Source of the DNA: a bacterium
GTDB taxonomy: Bacteria > Hinthialibacterota > Hinthialibacteria > Hinthialibacterales > Hinthialibacteraceae
Assembly (NCBI GenBank): GCA_963662285.2
Contig: CAXXMV010000008.1
Location: forward strand, 1,152,001-1,216,000
DNA length: 64,000 nucleotides
Direction of reading: 5' to 3'
In this document: one piece after another, positions 40,914 through 51,094 of the stretch
How the letters are laid out: every line of letters begins with the position of its first letter
Position numbering within the stretch: position 1 is the stretch's first letter
Translations under genes and position numbers: made by a program
Notes under the pieces: generated by a model
Told to the model about the DNA's origin: nothing
Database searches by the model: none
The model's input: the letters and a program-made list of their open reading frames with translations, nothing else

Positions 40914-42011
40914 ATGAACACCGTTACTTGTCAACTCTGCGGAGAATCGATTCAAGGAGCCTTGTATGGGCACTTGGGTGAACAACACAGCATCGCAGCT
41001 CAAGAATACCTAACCCAATATCCAGGCGCTCCCTTGGTCGCTCCGGAACTGCTCAGTCAGATCCAATCAGGAAAAGTTGTTAAACGAACACCAGTTCAAG
41101 CAAGCGAGGAATTCCGCATACATGATACGGTTCTTAGAAAAAGAAATGGGGCCAGCCCCATAGTGCCTAACCTCGATCCGCATTATCAATTCCCACCAGA
41201 GGCCGCCTATCTGATCCAATCCATCAACCACAAAGAACATGTGATGATCGTTGGTCCTACCGGCACGGGGAAATCTTCACTGGTTATGCAGCTCGCAGCG
41301 CAGTCCAATACGCCCTTGCGCCGCTGCAACCTCAATGGCGAGACCACGGTATCCGACTTTCTCGGACGTTGGACGGTGCGCGGTAAAGAAATGATTTACA
41401 GCGAAGGCATCCTGCCCACCGCTATGAAGAATGGCGATTGGCTGCTGCTCGATGAGATCGATGCTGCCCTGCCCCAAATCCTCTTTGTGCTCCAGAGCGT
41501 TCTGGAAGAATGCGGCAAACTGGTGCTCATGGAAAAAGATGGCGAGGTTGTTGATCCCCATTCCGATTTTCGTATCATCGCCACGGCCAATACGATCGGT
41601 AATGGAGATGAAACCGGGCTTTATGCCGGTACTCAAATCCTCAATGAAGCTTTCAAAGACCGCTTTGCCACAGTCATCTATCTGGATTATCCGGATGAGA
41701 AGACCGAAACCGAAATACTCGCCAAGAAAATCTCCAATCTTAAAAAGACTGACATTGGGAGATTCGTTAAATGCGCGCGCCAGGTTCGGGAAGCCGCAGA
41801 GCGCGAAGAGTGCTATTGCAGTTTTTCCACCAGACGGTTACTCGCATTCGCCAGGAAGTACGATCACCTTGGCAACCTGACAAAAGCTCTTGAACTTACC
41901 GTTCTCAACAAACTCTCCCGGGACGATCGGCGCGTGGTCGAAGAGATCGCGCAGCGGCATCTGGGAGACCTGATGAGCGCAAATCCCTCGAAAGGAGCCA
42001 GTCAATCATGA
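40914..42011 (+). CDS. CbbQ/NirQ/CobS-like AAA+ ATPase with N-terminal C2H2-type zinc finger
   Basis: CQLC..HLGEQH; GPTGTGKS, LLDEID, ATANT, LNEAFKDRF, FSTRRL. Confidence 0.88.
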   Translation: MNTVTCQLCGESIQGALYGHLGEQHSIAAQEYLTQYPGAPLVAPELLSQIQSGKVVKRTPVQASEEFRIHDTVLRKRNGASPIVPNLDPHYQFPPEAAYLIQSINHKEHVMIVGPTGTGKSSLVMQLAAQSNTPLRRCNLNGETTVSDFLGRWTVRGKEMIYSEGILPTAMKNGDWLLLDEIDAALPQILFVLQSVLEECGKLVLMEKDGEVVDPHSDFRIIATANTIGNGDETGLYAGTQILNEAFKDRFATVIYLDYPDEKTETEILAKKISNLKKTDIGRFVKCARQVREAAEREECYCSFSTRRLLAFARKYDHLGNLTKALELTVLNKLSRDDRRVVEEIAQRHLGDLMSANPSKGASQS

Positions 42012-43888
42012 GAAATCTCAATGGTTTAGAAACAACCTTAGAGCGCGTCGGGCGGATACTGTCTCACAAATACAACATCACTGTCCGGTGCAAAGCCAAT
42101 GAATGCAAGACCGATGGCCGCACCATCTGGCTGCCGGCGCTTCCGGACAACATTTCGATGTCGCTTTGGACGCTGATTCGCGGCGAGCTCGATCACGAGA
42201 CTGCCCATATCCTGTATAGTGACTTCGCCGGCCAAATGAAAGGATTCAAACAGAAATGGGGCGACTTTGGATTCGATCTGCTCAACGTGATTGAGGATGT
42301 TCGCGTCAATTACGCCATGCAGAAAGAATACCCCGGCTCACGGCAAAACATCATGCACAGCATTGATGAGATCACTAAAACCCATCCCATCACGCAAATG
42401 CCGTTGCCTGTTCGCTTCCTTTGCGGCCTATTCCTTGCCGGAATGGGACTCTCGTATGACCAGTACGACAAAGAGGCTATCGAATTAGTTAAACAATTCA
42501 AAAGTGAAGCGGAGCGATTCAAATCCCTTCGTAGTACCGATGAAGCTTGTGAGATGGCGGAAAACATCCTTGAACATCTCATACACCAAGCAGAACACGA
42601 AAGCCAATCATCCGATACTCAGCAATCAAAGGGGAAGCCAGGAAAACAAGATTCATCATCCCAATCCTCTTCCTGTGAAGCCAATCAACAATCACCAGAG
42701 GGAAATCAGCAACCTTCACAAACCAGTTCATCCAGTGGTGAAGAACAATCCAGCAACCGTCAAAATGGCGCCAATGATCATCAGGATGATCCTGGAGATC
42801 AACAAGATAGTTCTCAGTCGAATGCACATTCGAGCTCGAACAGCAGTCAGAAAAGAGAACCTGGATATGGAAATACAGGCTCCTTGGACCAGGTTTTATC
42901 GGGAGAGTACTCATCCGCTGGACATCCATTTGAGATGCAACAAACCATTATGGAACATGTCCAGGAAGAAGTTAGTCAGGGAACACACCAACAATACAGG
43001 GTATATGATCCATCCCTGGATAAAGTAGTCGTACCGAGAGCACTCGATAATGGGGAGACCTATCAGAACCTGAGCAATACCGTCCGGCCCCATGTAGGAG
43101 CTCTTCGCCAGCAGTTGATTCGGATATTGCGGTCTCGTGATACCCGATTTTGGGTAAGTGAGCAGGAAGAAGGACAGGTCAATAGCAAGAGGCTTTACGC
43201 GCTGCTCAACCAGGGCTCGAATAAAGTATTCCGACAGATCAAGGAATGTGAATCGGACTCCGTAGCAGTGTCCCTGCTTATCGATCTATCTGGATCGATG
43301 AATGGCCCCCGGATTCATCTTGCCCGCCAGGTCGCCATTCTGTTTGCCGAAACGCTCAACCAGCTGCGTCTCCCCTCAGAGGTGATCGGATTCACAACTG
43401 AACCGGCTAAGAGGACATTTTCCAGGTTACAGCAAGAGACGGGAATGGATATACAGGAACTCTCAAAACTCTATGCCAGGTATTTCCCTTGCGTCTATTC
43501 CATCTTCAAAGCATTTGAGGAACCGTTCCGGTTACTCAAACCTCGCGTTCCCGCCATGAACGCCTTGGAATACACACCCATCGATGACGCCATCCTTTTT
43601 ACCGCTAAACGTATCATCATAAGAAAGGAAACCAGGAAAATCATCCTCGTCCTGACCGATGGCGAGCCGTACAGCGGCAATCCAACCATGTTGCAATCCG
43701 TCATCAAGCATCTCGAAGAAAACCTGCTGAAATGCGAGAAGGCGGGAATCGAGTGCGTTGCAATCGGTATCCAGACCGAATACGTCAAGCGATTCTTTAA
43801 AGAATACGTTGTCGTTCAAAACCTGCCTGAACTCCCCAAGGCGTTTTACGCCAAGTTTTCGGAACTCCTACGCCGAAACCGCCAATAA
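42008..43888 (+). CDS. CobT-like vWA protein
   Basis: TDGRTIWLP, DHETAH, NVIEDVRV, S/Q-rich linker, LIDLSGSM, LTDGEP. Confidence 0.85.
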   Translation: MRNLNGLETTLERVGRILSHKYNITVRCKANECKTDGRTIWLPALPDNISMSLWTLIRGELDHETAHILYSDFAGQMKGFKQKWGDFGFDLLNVIEDVRVNYAMQKEYPGSRQNIMHSIDEITKTHPITQMPLPVRFLCGLFLAGMGLSYDQYDKEAIELVKQFKSEAERFKSLRSTDEACEMAENILEHLIHQAEHESQSSDTQQSKGKPGKQDSSSQSSSCEANQQSPEGNQQPSQTSSSSGEEQSSNRQNGANDHQDDPGDQQDSSQSNAHSSSNSSQKREPGYGNTGSLDQVLSGEYSSAGHPFEMQQTIMEHVQEEVSQGTHQQYRVYDPSLDKVVVPRALDNGETYQNLSNTVRPHVGALRQQLIRILRSRDTRFWVSEQEEGQVNSKRLYALLNQGSNKVFRQIKECESDSVAVSLLIDLSGSMNGPRIHLARQVAILFAETLNQLRLPSEVIGFTTEPAKRTFSRLQQETGMDIQELSKLYARYFPCVYSIFKAFEEPFRLLKPRVPAMNALEYTPIDDAILFTAKRIIIRKETRKIILVLTDGEPYSGNPTMLQSVIKHLEENLLKCEKAGIECVAIGIQTEYVKRFFKEYVVVQNLPELPKAFYAKFSELLRRNRQ

Positions 43889-43929
43889 GCAGAATCCAAT
43901 TCAAACTCAAAACAAAAGGAGAATTTGTT

Positions 43930-44415
43930 ATGGATACGTCTGTCCATAATCCGCAATGCTTCGCCCTGTTTGATCCTATCGCGCCGGAATGCGCTTCCTG
44001 CGGGATTCAAACAGATTGTATGAGAGCGCAAGAGAAGCGTGTTAATATCCATGCTTCCGAGTGCTCTAAGCAAACACCCAGTACAACGGCCACACCGAAG
44101 GCAAATCCCAAACCCCAAAGAAAGAAGGCTCAACCCCAGTACCAAGCCACATCTTCCAATTACCCTGCGACTGGCGATGAACAATACATCCCTGAACACA
44201 CCCGCAAGCCACTGGAAATACCGCCAGTTGGATCACGGATCAAGACTTTCTACAGGGGCGAATCCTATGAAGCCCTCATCGTGGATGATCCTTCTAACAG
44301 CCGTTCGGATGGTCGATCGATTCTGTTCAACGGAACCGTCTATCGAACGCTCACCGCAGCCGCGCATGCCATCGCCCCCGGAATAAACTCCGGATCGGTG
44401 TGGCAAGAAGCATAA
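43930..44415 (+). CDS. Cys-motif and RAMA-like domain protein
   Basis: CF..ECASC..DC; ILFNGTVYRTLTAAAHAI..NSGSVW. Confidence 0.6.
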   Translation: MDTSVHNPQCFALFDPIAPECASCGIQTDCMRAQEKRVNIHASECSKQTPSTTATPKANPKPQRKKAQPQYQATSSNYPATGDEQYIPEHTRKPLEIPPVGSRIKTFYRGESYEALIVDDPSNSRSDGRSILFNGTVYRTLTAAAHAIAPGINSGSVWQEA

Positions 44416-44438
44416 AACCAATTGAAAGGATCAAAATC

Positions 44439-44789
44439 ATGAATAACAACGGAAACAAATCAACAATAAGCAAATCGAATCGCAACGTAGGCCCTGGTCT
44501 TCGAGACATCCTAACGGAACAATCGATCTTTGATAGCAATTTCAATGATCTGCAAGAACACGTTAAAGCTGCCCGTATAGGTGCTGCGATCCTGGAACTG
44601 ATCGATATCGTCGAAGCCAAATACCAGCCGGTCATATTCAAAAGTGTGGCCGCCTATCGGGCCGTGTCTCAGGAAGAATCGACTGAAGAGATTGGACGTA
44701 AACTCACTGAACTTGAACGGCAAAGGACACAGCGGGTAAGAGAAACACTAAAGCCGAAAAGACGGTGGTATTATTTGTTCCTGCGATAA
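44439..44789 (+). CDS. Hypothetical protein
   Basis: RBS AAGGA; 5' part duplicated at 49746-49869. Confidence 0.65.
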   Translation: MNNNGNKSTISKSNRNVGPGLRDILTEQSIFDSNFNDLQEHVKAARIGAAILELIDIVEAKYQPVIFKSVAAYRAVSQEESTEEIGRKLTELERQRTQRVRETLKPKRRWYYLFLR

Positions 44790-44808
44790 AGATATCTTCA
44801 ATGCATTG

Positions 44809-44836
44809 AAGGGGATGAAAGATTCCCCTTTTTTTT
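44809..44836 (+). terminator. Terminator between convergent genes
   Basis: AAGGGGA..TCCCCTT followed by a T run. Confidence 0.6.
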
Positions 44837-44867
44837 GGGGATTATTGTCTATATGGAAAGGAAATAG

Positions 44868-47800
44868 TTAAAACATGTATTGTTTATAAACACGATGTAT
44901 CATTTTTTCAAGTTGAGATTGATCTAGTAACTCATGTCCAGGCAATGTAATTAAAAAGGAATTTATTTGAGCGCGAGTGTCATCAAGGCTCATGACAGAC
45001 CTTTCTTCAAGAAATCCTTCATCTATAAAAAATTCTCTTAAGTCTTTACATTTATCCTTACGAAATCCAGCGACTGTTTGGTTCTCCAATTCTTGGATCA
45101 ACTTCTGAGCGTCTCCATCCTGATGTTTGGTTAAGTTGCTAACTTCATCAAGAAATCGGTCACTTACCGCTCCGGAATCCATTAACGCAGAGCGATCAAC
45201 AGGCTTGCCTCTCCCTACCCTTAAGCAGCGTGCAAGCACCTCAAAAACCTTACTCATCGCAACTGCACGTTTATAAATTCGAGAATCATCTGCTACAATT
45301 TGATACCCATATTCTTCCCCTAAACTTTGTAATTGACCCCAACGATTCAATCCTCGATCCAACAATCGGCAGAGCACATGAGGATCATCGATTACATGCC
45401 AAAGATGCATATTTCCGATAGGCTCCCAGGGATTGAATTCGGGGGCGCCTAAAAGTCTCCCATATTCTTCATGACTGCATTCACCAGGGTCGGGCGAATG
45501 ATAATGTTGTGGAGAAGGAAGATCGAACTGAGGGAGCCTTTCGGAATCCAAGAAGTTACGCACCTCTGCCAGATCAATGGGTTTATGTGGGATCCCACTA
45601 TCCTGCAATGTATATAACCATTTTCCCACTTCATCATGTTGAGCGGTGAAATAAAAAATTTGCCGTCCAGCGCGACACAATTCTAATACCGAATCAATGA
45701 TGGTTTGCGCCCGTATATCATCGCTATTACCCAAACTCTCATCCATAAGCAAGGGAAGCATTAATCCCGTTTCTTGTCGCTCAACAAAAGCCAAGCGAAC
45801 CGCCATCATAATTTGAAGTCGGGTTCCGCTTGAGAGTTCCTCCAGGGATTGCCCTTTTTCAAGTGATGTATCAAACGCTCTAAAAGAAGGAGTGTTTTGG
45901 TTATCGAGAAGTAGGCGATAACGCCCTCGAGTGATTTTTAAGAAAATGCGTTGCGCGTGGTGAAAGACTTCTGGCAAGTTGCTGGATCGATTGGATTTTT
46001 CAATCTCGTTTACCAATAGTGAACCTACTAAGGATATGTAATTTTTTTCACGCTCATGACGCAGTTGTTCCAGAATGGTTTCATCTTTAATTAGTGTACG
46101 TTCAATATCATCCTTGTTTTTTGCATCTTCTATAGCTCGTCTGATTCCTCCAATGTGATTGTTTAATTCATCCAATCGTGCTGCCATTTCCTGTTGTTGT
46201 ACGAGTTCATTATTCAGGTCGTCTTTGTCTCGCTCTCGCAATTCAGGATATTTTGTGAGCGATTCATAAGATTGCCGCTCTTCATGTTCGGCCAGTTTCA
46301 ACTCGTCTTTGGCGCTTAAGTATTCATCTAGGTTTCGGCAATATTCGTGCAGGGTCACTTCATCTCCCTGTTGGATTTCTACTGTCTCGAACAAAGTGTT
46401 ATATTCAATTTTCAGTTCTTCCATCTCCTTTTGATTGTCTTTCAATTTCTGCGTTGCCATACGGAAGGATCCTTTAGCCTCATTAAACGATTCGCGCCGT
46501 GAGTTCAATTCATCAATGGCTGCCATGGCTTCTTCTACGGTTTGCACTGTTTTGTTCGAATAAGGTGATAGATCCTGTTGTACTGCGTCTAGGCAAGTTG
46601 CATATTGTTCAATAGCATTTTGTCTTTCAGATTCCAAAGCATTTTGCTGATCGTGAGCCCGTTGCCAATTAACGATGTTGGCAATTAAGTGAGTAAGATG
46701 AGCATCAGGCATTGCTTCCACGGAAAACCTGAGGGCTAATCCAAATTTTTGTAGCAGACGGTTTCGTTCTTCTCGTAAGGAATCGAGTTCTTGCTGATGG
46801 TTATCGATCTTCTCCTGCAACTGCACCCATCTCATTGCCTTTTCCTGATCAACATTCATTTCAGCGAGTTGTTTATGAAGAAGCCTGGATTTTTGCATAA
46901 CACTTTTAATAGACCACGTCTCAGGCGGTTCCAATTCTAATTCTTCATATTCCTTTCGCCAATCAAGCCTTTTTTGCCGGTTAGGATGGGCAGAAAAAAT
47001 CCAGCCAAATAACACAAGACCCAAAAAAATCAAGACGCCTTCTAGCACCATCGTATAAGGTGGGGCCAAGATCGGAACATCCAACCAAAGCAGAACACAG
47101 CCAGCTGTAAGCATTGCTCCAGCGATCATCATGCCTAGCAGAAACCAACGATAATCCAATAGGCCGTTTCCCTCTGTAGCGTTCAGCCAGCGTACCAATA
47201 TATCAACGCCTTGTTGAACTTGTTGAAGCAAAGAATGCTTTTCAATATCCCCTACCCATTGTTTTAATTCGCCTTCCGCGAGCTGCTTTGCGCGGCACAT
47301 TTCTGCTTTCCGGGAAAATTCTACAAACTCATCCAGCGCAGATTGATCCAAACTTTCAAGACTTTCTAAATCAATGGAGGGATCAACACGCTTCCTTGCA
47401 TCCTTTTCCAAACGTTTTGACTTATCAATTTCTCGATTTAATCGATCTATTTCATGTTGAATGCTTTGCAAACGGTTGGCCCGTTTTCGCAGTTGACCTA
47501 AAAGATGTTCTGGTACACCATCTTCCGGTAATTGGCATTCTTCTAATTGCTGTTGAGCATCAGCGATATCATGTTTAGCTTGCTGAATCTTTTCCCGTCT
47601 TGATTCTCGCCCATGTTTGTTTTTCTCCAGGCGTTTGATTTCATCACCGATCAGCTGATCCATACCACGCGGATAGGTCTGAAAACGATCCAACGCCTTA
47701 TGTTTCTTTAATCGGCCTTCATGGTAATCAATTGCTTTCGTTAGCCATTCGGAACGTTCCTGCGCTGTACGCGCCTGGTATCGTTCTTCTTTAAGTTTTT

Positions 47801-48350
47801 TCAATTGATTTTCTTCTTCTCGTAGTGACTGTTGAGATTGCCGAGCAGTATGTAATTCTATTCTGACTTTTTTGAGTTCGCTCAATAAACTTTGAGGTCT
47901 CGATATTTTTTCTGAAAAGCGTAGTGAATCACCTGCCTGCCGTACGTCATATCCACCTGCTGCTTCACGAATTATTTTTTCGGCAAACGTTAGATTCCTG
48001 TCTTCAATTAACTCGTGCAAAGCTAGATAATATCGATTTCGGACATCCGAACCAGGAAATCCACGAGGAGATTCGGAGTCGATGCCATTGCACTGATAGT
48101 GAAATTTGTTCACATCCAGTTCTACTATCCACTCATCATTATCGATATCTACCCAACCAATCACAGATGGACGAAGAGGACTCATTGTATCTGGCCATAG
48201 CAAAAGTTGGATTGCACGAGCAGTCGTACTCTTTCCGGAAGCGTTCGGTCCATAGACCAAATTTATTCCTGGACTTAATGCATCAAGAACAAAGCCACCA
48301 TTCTCAAAACCAGGCATACGGCGTATGTCAATCTTTCGAAAGTGCATCAC
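44868..48350 (-). CDS. YhaN-like SMC/SbcC-type coiled-coil ATPase
   Basis: YGPNASGKST, long coiled coil with central hydrophobic segment, LSSGT signature, LLMDES. Confidence 0.88.
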   Translation of the reverse strand: MMHFRKIDIRRMPGFENGGFVLDALSPGINLVYGPNASGKSTTARAIQLLLWPDTMSPLRPSVIGWVDIDNDEWIVELDVNKFHYQCNGIDSESPRGFPGSDVRNRYYLALHELIEDRNLTFAEKIIREAAGGYDVRQAGDSLRFSEKISRPQSLLSELKKVRIELHTARQSQQSLREEENQLKKLKEERYQARTAQERSEWLTKAIDYHEGRLKKHKALDRFQTYPRGMDQLIGDEIKRLEKNKHGRESRREKIQQAKHDIADAQQQLEECQLPEDGVPEHLLGQLRKRANRLQSIQHEIDRLNREIDKSKRLEKDARKRVDPSIDLESLESLDQSALDEFVEFSRKAEMCRAKQLAEGELKQWVGDIEKHSLLQQVQQGVDILVRWLNATEGNGLLDYRWFLLGMMIAGAMLTAGCVLLWLDVPILAPPYTMVLEGVLIFLGLVLFGWIFSAHPNRQKRLDWRKEYEELELEPPETWSIKSVMQKSRLLHKQLAEMNVDQEKAMRWVQLQEKIDNHQQELDSLREERNRLLQKFGLALRFSVEAMPDAHLTHLIANIVNWQRAHDQQNALESERQNAIEQYATCLDAVQQDLSPYSNKTVQTVEEAMAAIDELNSRRESFNEAKGSFRMATQKLKDNQKEMEELKIEYNTLFETVEIQQGDEVTLHEYCRNLDEYLSAKDELKLAEHEERQSYESLTKYPELRERDKDDLNNELVQQQEMAARLDELNNHIGGIRRAIEDAKNKDDIERTLIKDETILEQLRHEREKNYISLVGSLLVNEIEKSNRSSNLPEVFHHAQRIFLKITRGRYRLLLDNQNTPSFRAFDTSLEKGQSLEELSSGTRLQIMMAVRLAFVERQETGLMLPLLMDESLGNSDDIRAQTIIDSVLELCRAGRQIFYFTAQHDEVGKWLYTLQDSGIPHKPIDLAEVRNFLDSERLPQFDLPSPQHYHSPDPGECSHEEYGRLLGAPEFNPWEPIGNMHLWHVIDDPHVLCRLLDRGLNRWGQLQSLGEEYGYQIVADDSRIYKRAVAMSKVFEVLARCLRVGRGKPVDRSALMDSGAVSDRFLDEVSNLTKHQDGDAQKLIQELENQTVAGFRKDKCKDLREFFIDEGFLEERSVMSLDDTRAQINSFLITLPGHELLDQSQLEKMIHRVYKQYMF

Positions 48351-49654
48351 AGGTTGTCCTCCCTTTGCGCAAGGAGACTCTCCAGAAGCAAATACCCTTC
48401 ATTAATCAGCATCTGACGAGCCAAAGATTTTGATGGATAATCTTCTTGCATTGCAATATCTGAAAATGCGTTATTACGAAAGACCTGCTCAATACGTTCA
48501 TGAGCATTGTGGATCAGATTAACAAACTGAGTTGGGTTGGTAGATTCCAAATCGATTATCATCCGGGCTAATATTCCAGGAGGATCGTTGGATCTTGATA
48601 ATTCATCCAGATTGAGAGTTGGGCGGGTCTGATTTTCGATTTTTTCGATTCGCACAGGAATTCCCGAATGTTCCAGGGAAAGATCTTCCTGCATTCTTTG
48701 AGACAACTCAAAAAGCTGAGCATACAATTGCGTTCGCCCTGTGAGTTGGATACGAAACAGTAGCAATTCTAAAGGACCGAATTCTGTATGGTGCTGCTCG
48801 ATAAAGTTCCGAATTGATTCAGTGCATTTCCAATCCCAGTCTTCACGGTTTACAACGTCCGTAAGGTCTATTGTAAGGTTCTGGTAACGTACATTCGAAA
48901 GAGGGACTTTTTCTATCTTTACGATCTTCTGGTTGCATAGTTCAAGAAGCCAAGGTCCATGTGTACCGATTTCTCCAGGATCAAGTGCTTGTGGGGAGCC
49001 GGGAATTAAAATCGATGGCAATCCTGCTTCTTGTAAAAGATTAGGAATATGAGTATGGCCGACTACCCATAATACAACCGGTACTTGCATTAATTCACGT
49101 CGTTGTACGGGTGCATAGTTGCTTTGGACTTGATCCACATCGGCATGCAATAAACCTATCGTTGGGACAGGATTTATTGCGTCCGATTCTAGCGATAATA
49201 AGGGATTTATTTTTACGTGTTCAGATGGAAATGACCATCCAATAATATTAAGAGGACCTTTCTCATTATTTGAGATGGAATGTTGCTCCCATTCACCACC
49301 TTTTCCAAGCAAGTGATAAAACTCTGTTCCCACATAGGATTCCAAACGAAAAAGAACGTCGTAATCGTGGTTGCCAGCAATTGCAACAGTGTGGATATTA
49401 TTTTCAGCAAGGAGTTTCAAACCCGATTCAAGCGGTCCAAAGGCCTCATAATAACGATTCTCATGATCAACAATATCTCCAGCCAATAACAACACATCCA
49501 CTTTATTTTTGATGGCGCGATCAACGATGAAATTCCACATATTCGCTGCCGAGAATTGTTTTCCTTCTAAATCGGAGGGAATTTTGGTGGAGCGCCTACC
49601 AATGTGGATATCAGCTGTACATAAGATTCTCATATTGTATTTCTCATTGTTCAT
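48347..49654 (-). CDS. YhaO/SbcD/Mre11-like metallophosphoesterase nuclease
   Basis: ADIHIG, AGDIVD, GNHD, GHTH, PGSPQ. Confidence 0.9.
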   Translation of the reverse strand: MNNEKYNMRILCTADIHIGRRSTKIPSDLEGKQFSAANMWNFIVDRAIKNKVDVLLLAGDIVDHENRYYEAFGPLESGLKLLAENNIHTVAIAGNHDYDVLFRLESYVGTEFYHLLGKGGEWEQHSISNNEKGPLNIIGWSFPSEHVKINPLLSLESDAINPVPTIGLLHADVDQVQSNYAPVQRRELMQVPVVLWVVGHTHIPNLLQEAGLPSILIPGSPQALDPGEIGTHGPWLLELCNQKIVKIEKVPLSNVRYQNLTIDLTDVVNREDWDWKCTESIRNFIEQHHTEFGPLELLLFRIQLTGRTQLYAQLFELSQRMQEDLSLEHSGIPVRIEKIENQTRPTLNLDELSRSNDPPGILARMIIDLESTNPTQFVNLIHNAHERIEQVFRNNAFSDIAMQEDYPSKSLARQMLINEGYLLLESLLAQREDNL

Positions 49655-49745
49655 AATATTAAGTATGAATCGGAATAGACTCTCCTAATTTCTCAAAATC
49701 ATTGCGAACTGTCAACCAAAAATTACGGTTGATAGATAAATTGGC

Positions 49746-49869
49746 CAAAATCATGAATAACAACGCCCAAAACAATCAGTAAATCGAATCGCAATGTAGG
49801 TCTGGCCTCCGAGATATTCTCGCAGAACAATCGATCTTTGACAGCACTTTCAACGATCTACAAGAACAC
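49746..49869 (+). repeat. Diverged direct repeat of 44432-44561 (frameshifted gene start)
   Basis: CAAAATCATGAATAACAACG..AAATCGAATCGCAA..GAACAATCGATCTTTGA..CAAGAACAC present in both places. Confidence 0.88.
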
Positions 49870-50706
49870 CGTTTGCCCATTCGCGTTTTTCAATGTATTT
49901 ACTACGGATTCCCGCATAGCAATAATGGATATTTCTCTGGAACCAAGCGAACGCGCTCCTTTATGGCTTGTGGTCGAAGTGATCAATTTGCCTTTGGATT
50001 TTTTATCAATTAACGAATAGAGCATCCAACAGAATGAGTGGGCATCAATCAGACGAACGGAATCAAGACCGGCTACTTCAGCAATGAGTGGGCGTAACCG
50101 ATCAAGTGTCTCATTGAAGGTCGAATAGTTCTCCCAACTGCACTGGCTGCGAGTCTTAAACTCGATTTCCAACTCATGAAACGCTCGATCAAAGCCGGTC
50201 GGGTGAATCGGCATGAACCGATCCATATCTTTGAGAAAAAACAGATAGGCCTGAAGTCGATATTTCTTCTTTGTAAGATTGCTAAATGTTTCAAATATCT
50301 CACCCTCATTTTCATTTCCGCGATAAAGCCCAAACAATAATGTCTCAATTTCGTGGCGAAGAAAGGGCTTTTGCTGAGCTTCCAGAAAAAGATAATGGAT
50401 CCGTTTCGCATGTCCGAAACGGTTCTGCCAATCAACAAGATTGTTGACCAAATCTCCAGACTGGATCTCAATCGCCTTAATCGTATTGCTCAGGATGCTG
50501 CCTGAACCTATAACGTCCTCGTTCCAGGTGTCATGAGCCAAAACGCTTAGAGCGTATTTTCTCACTCGCGGTTTATAGTTTTCCCAATCGGCAGCCGGGC
50601 CTTTATCAAAGCTGATGAAGGGATAACCAGATCGCTTTTTCACAAGATATTTGAAGCGGTCGAAGGCGTTTCGAACGGACTGAGGGTTAATCGTTGGATT
50701 GCTCAT
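49858..50706 (-). pseudogene. Probably 3'-truncated restriction/HNH-type protein
   Basis: ORF ends a few codons after running into the repeat fragment (..NANGQTV|FL*); LIDAHSFCW motif. Confidence 0.5.
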
Positions 50707-51092
50707 CCAGCCTCCTCCAGTTCCACTTGGGCGGCGGCGTTGAGAACTTCGTAGAGGCTCGATTCAAGAAGACGTTGGCGGGTGGTGTCAGAATTATTAA
50801 GTTCGGCTTCCAGACGGTATGGTATTGTCGGTTTATTTATTATTTCTAATGAAAAAATTAAGGAATTAAGAATTTTATGCATTAAGCGCCAAATAGTTTT
50901 CTCATAATCAGATAAATGGTTATGAGGCATACCTGTGCGTTCAGCAATTTTCTCTAAAATGGATTCAAGTGAATCACCTGTTATAGTAATTCCTTTTGAT
51001 TTCCATTTTTCATCGAAAGGAAGAGAAATTTGATCCCATATTTCCTTCAAAATATCTTGTTTTGGAGTTTTTGTTCTTTTTCCATGTGGCAT
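50703..51092 (-). CDS. Hypothetical protein
   Basis: Coupled between the TIR gene and the next gene. Confidence 0.6.
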   Translation of the reverse strand: MPHGKRTKTPKQDILKEIWDQISLPFDEKWKSKGITITGDSLESILEKIAERTGMPHNHLSDYEKTIWRLMHKILNSLIFSLEIINKPTIPYRLEAELNNSDTTRQRLLESSLYEVLNAAAQVELEEAG

Positions 51093-51094
51093 GA

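Noticed and set aside
40914-43888. Cobalamin cobS/cobT assignment
   Set aside because: No cobN or other B12 genes; mobile-element context; gene symbols withheld
44868-49654. Wadjet, Lamassu or Gabija call
   Set aside because: No JetABD, LmuA/C or UvrD partner; motifs fit a YhaN/YhaO-type pair
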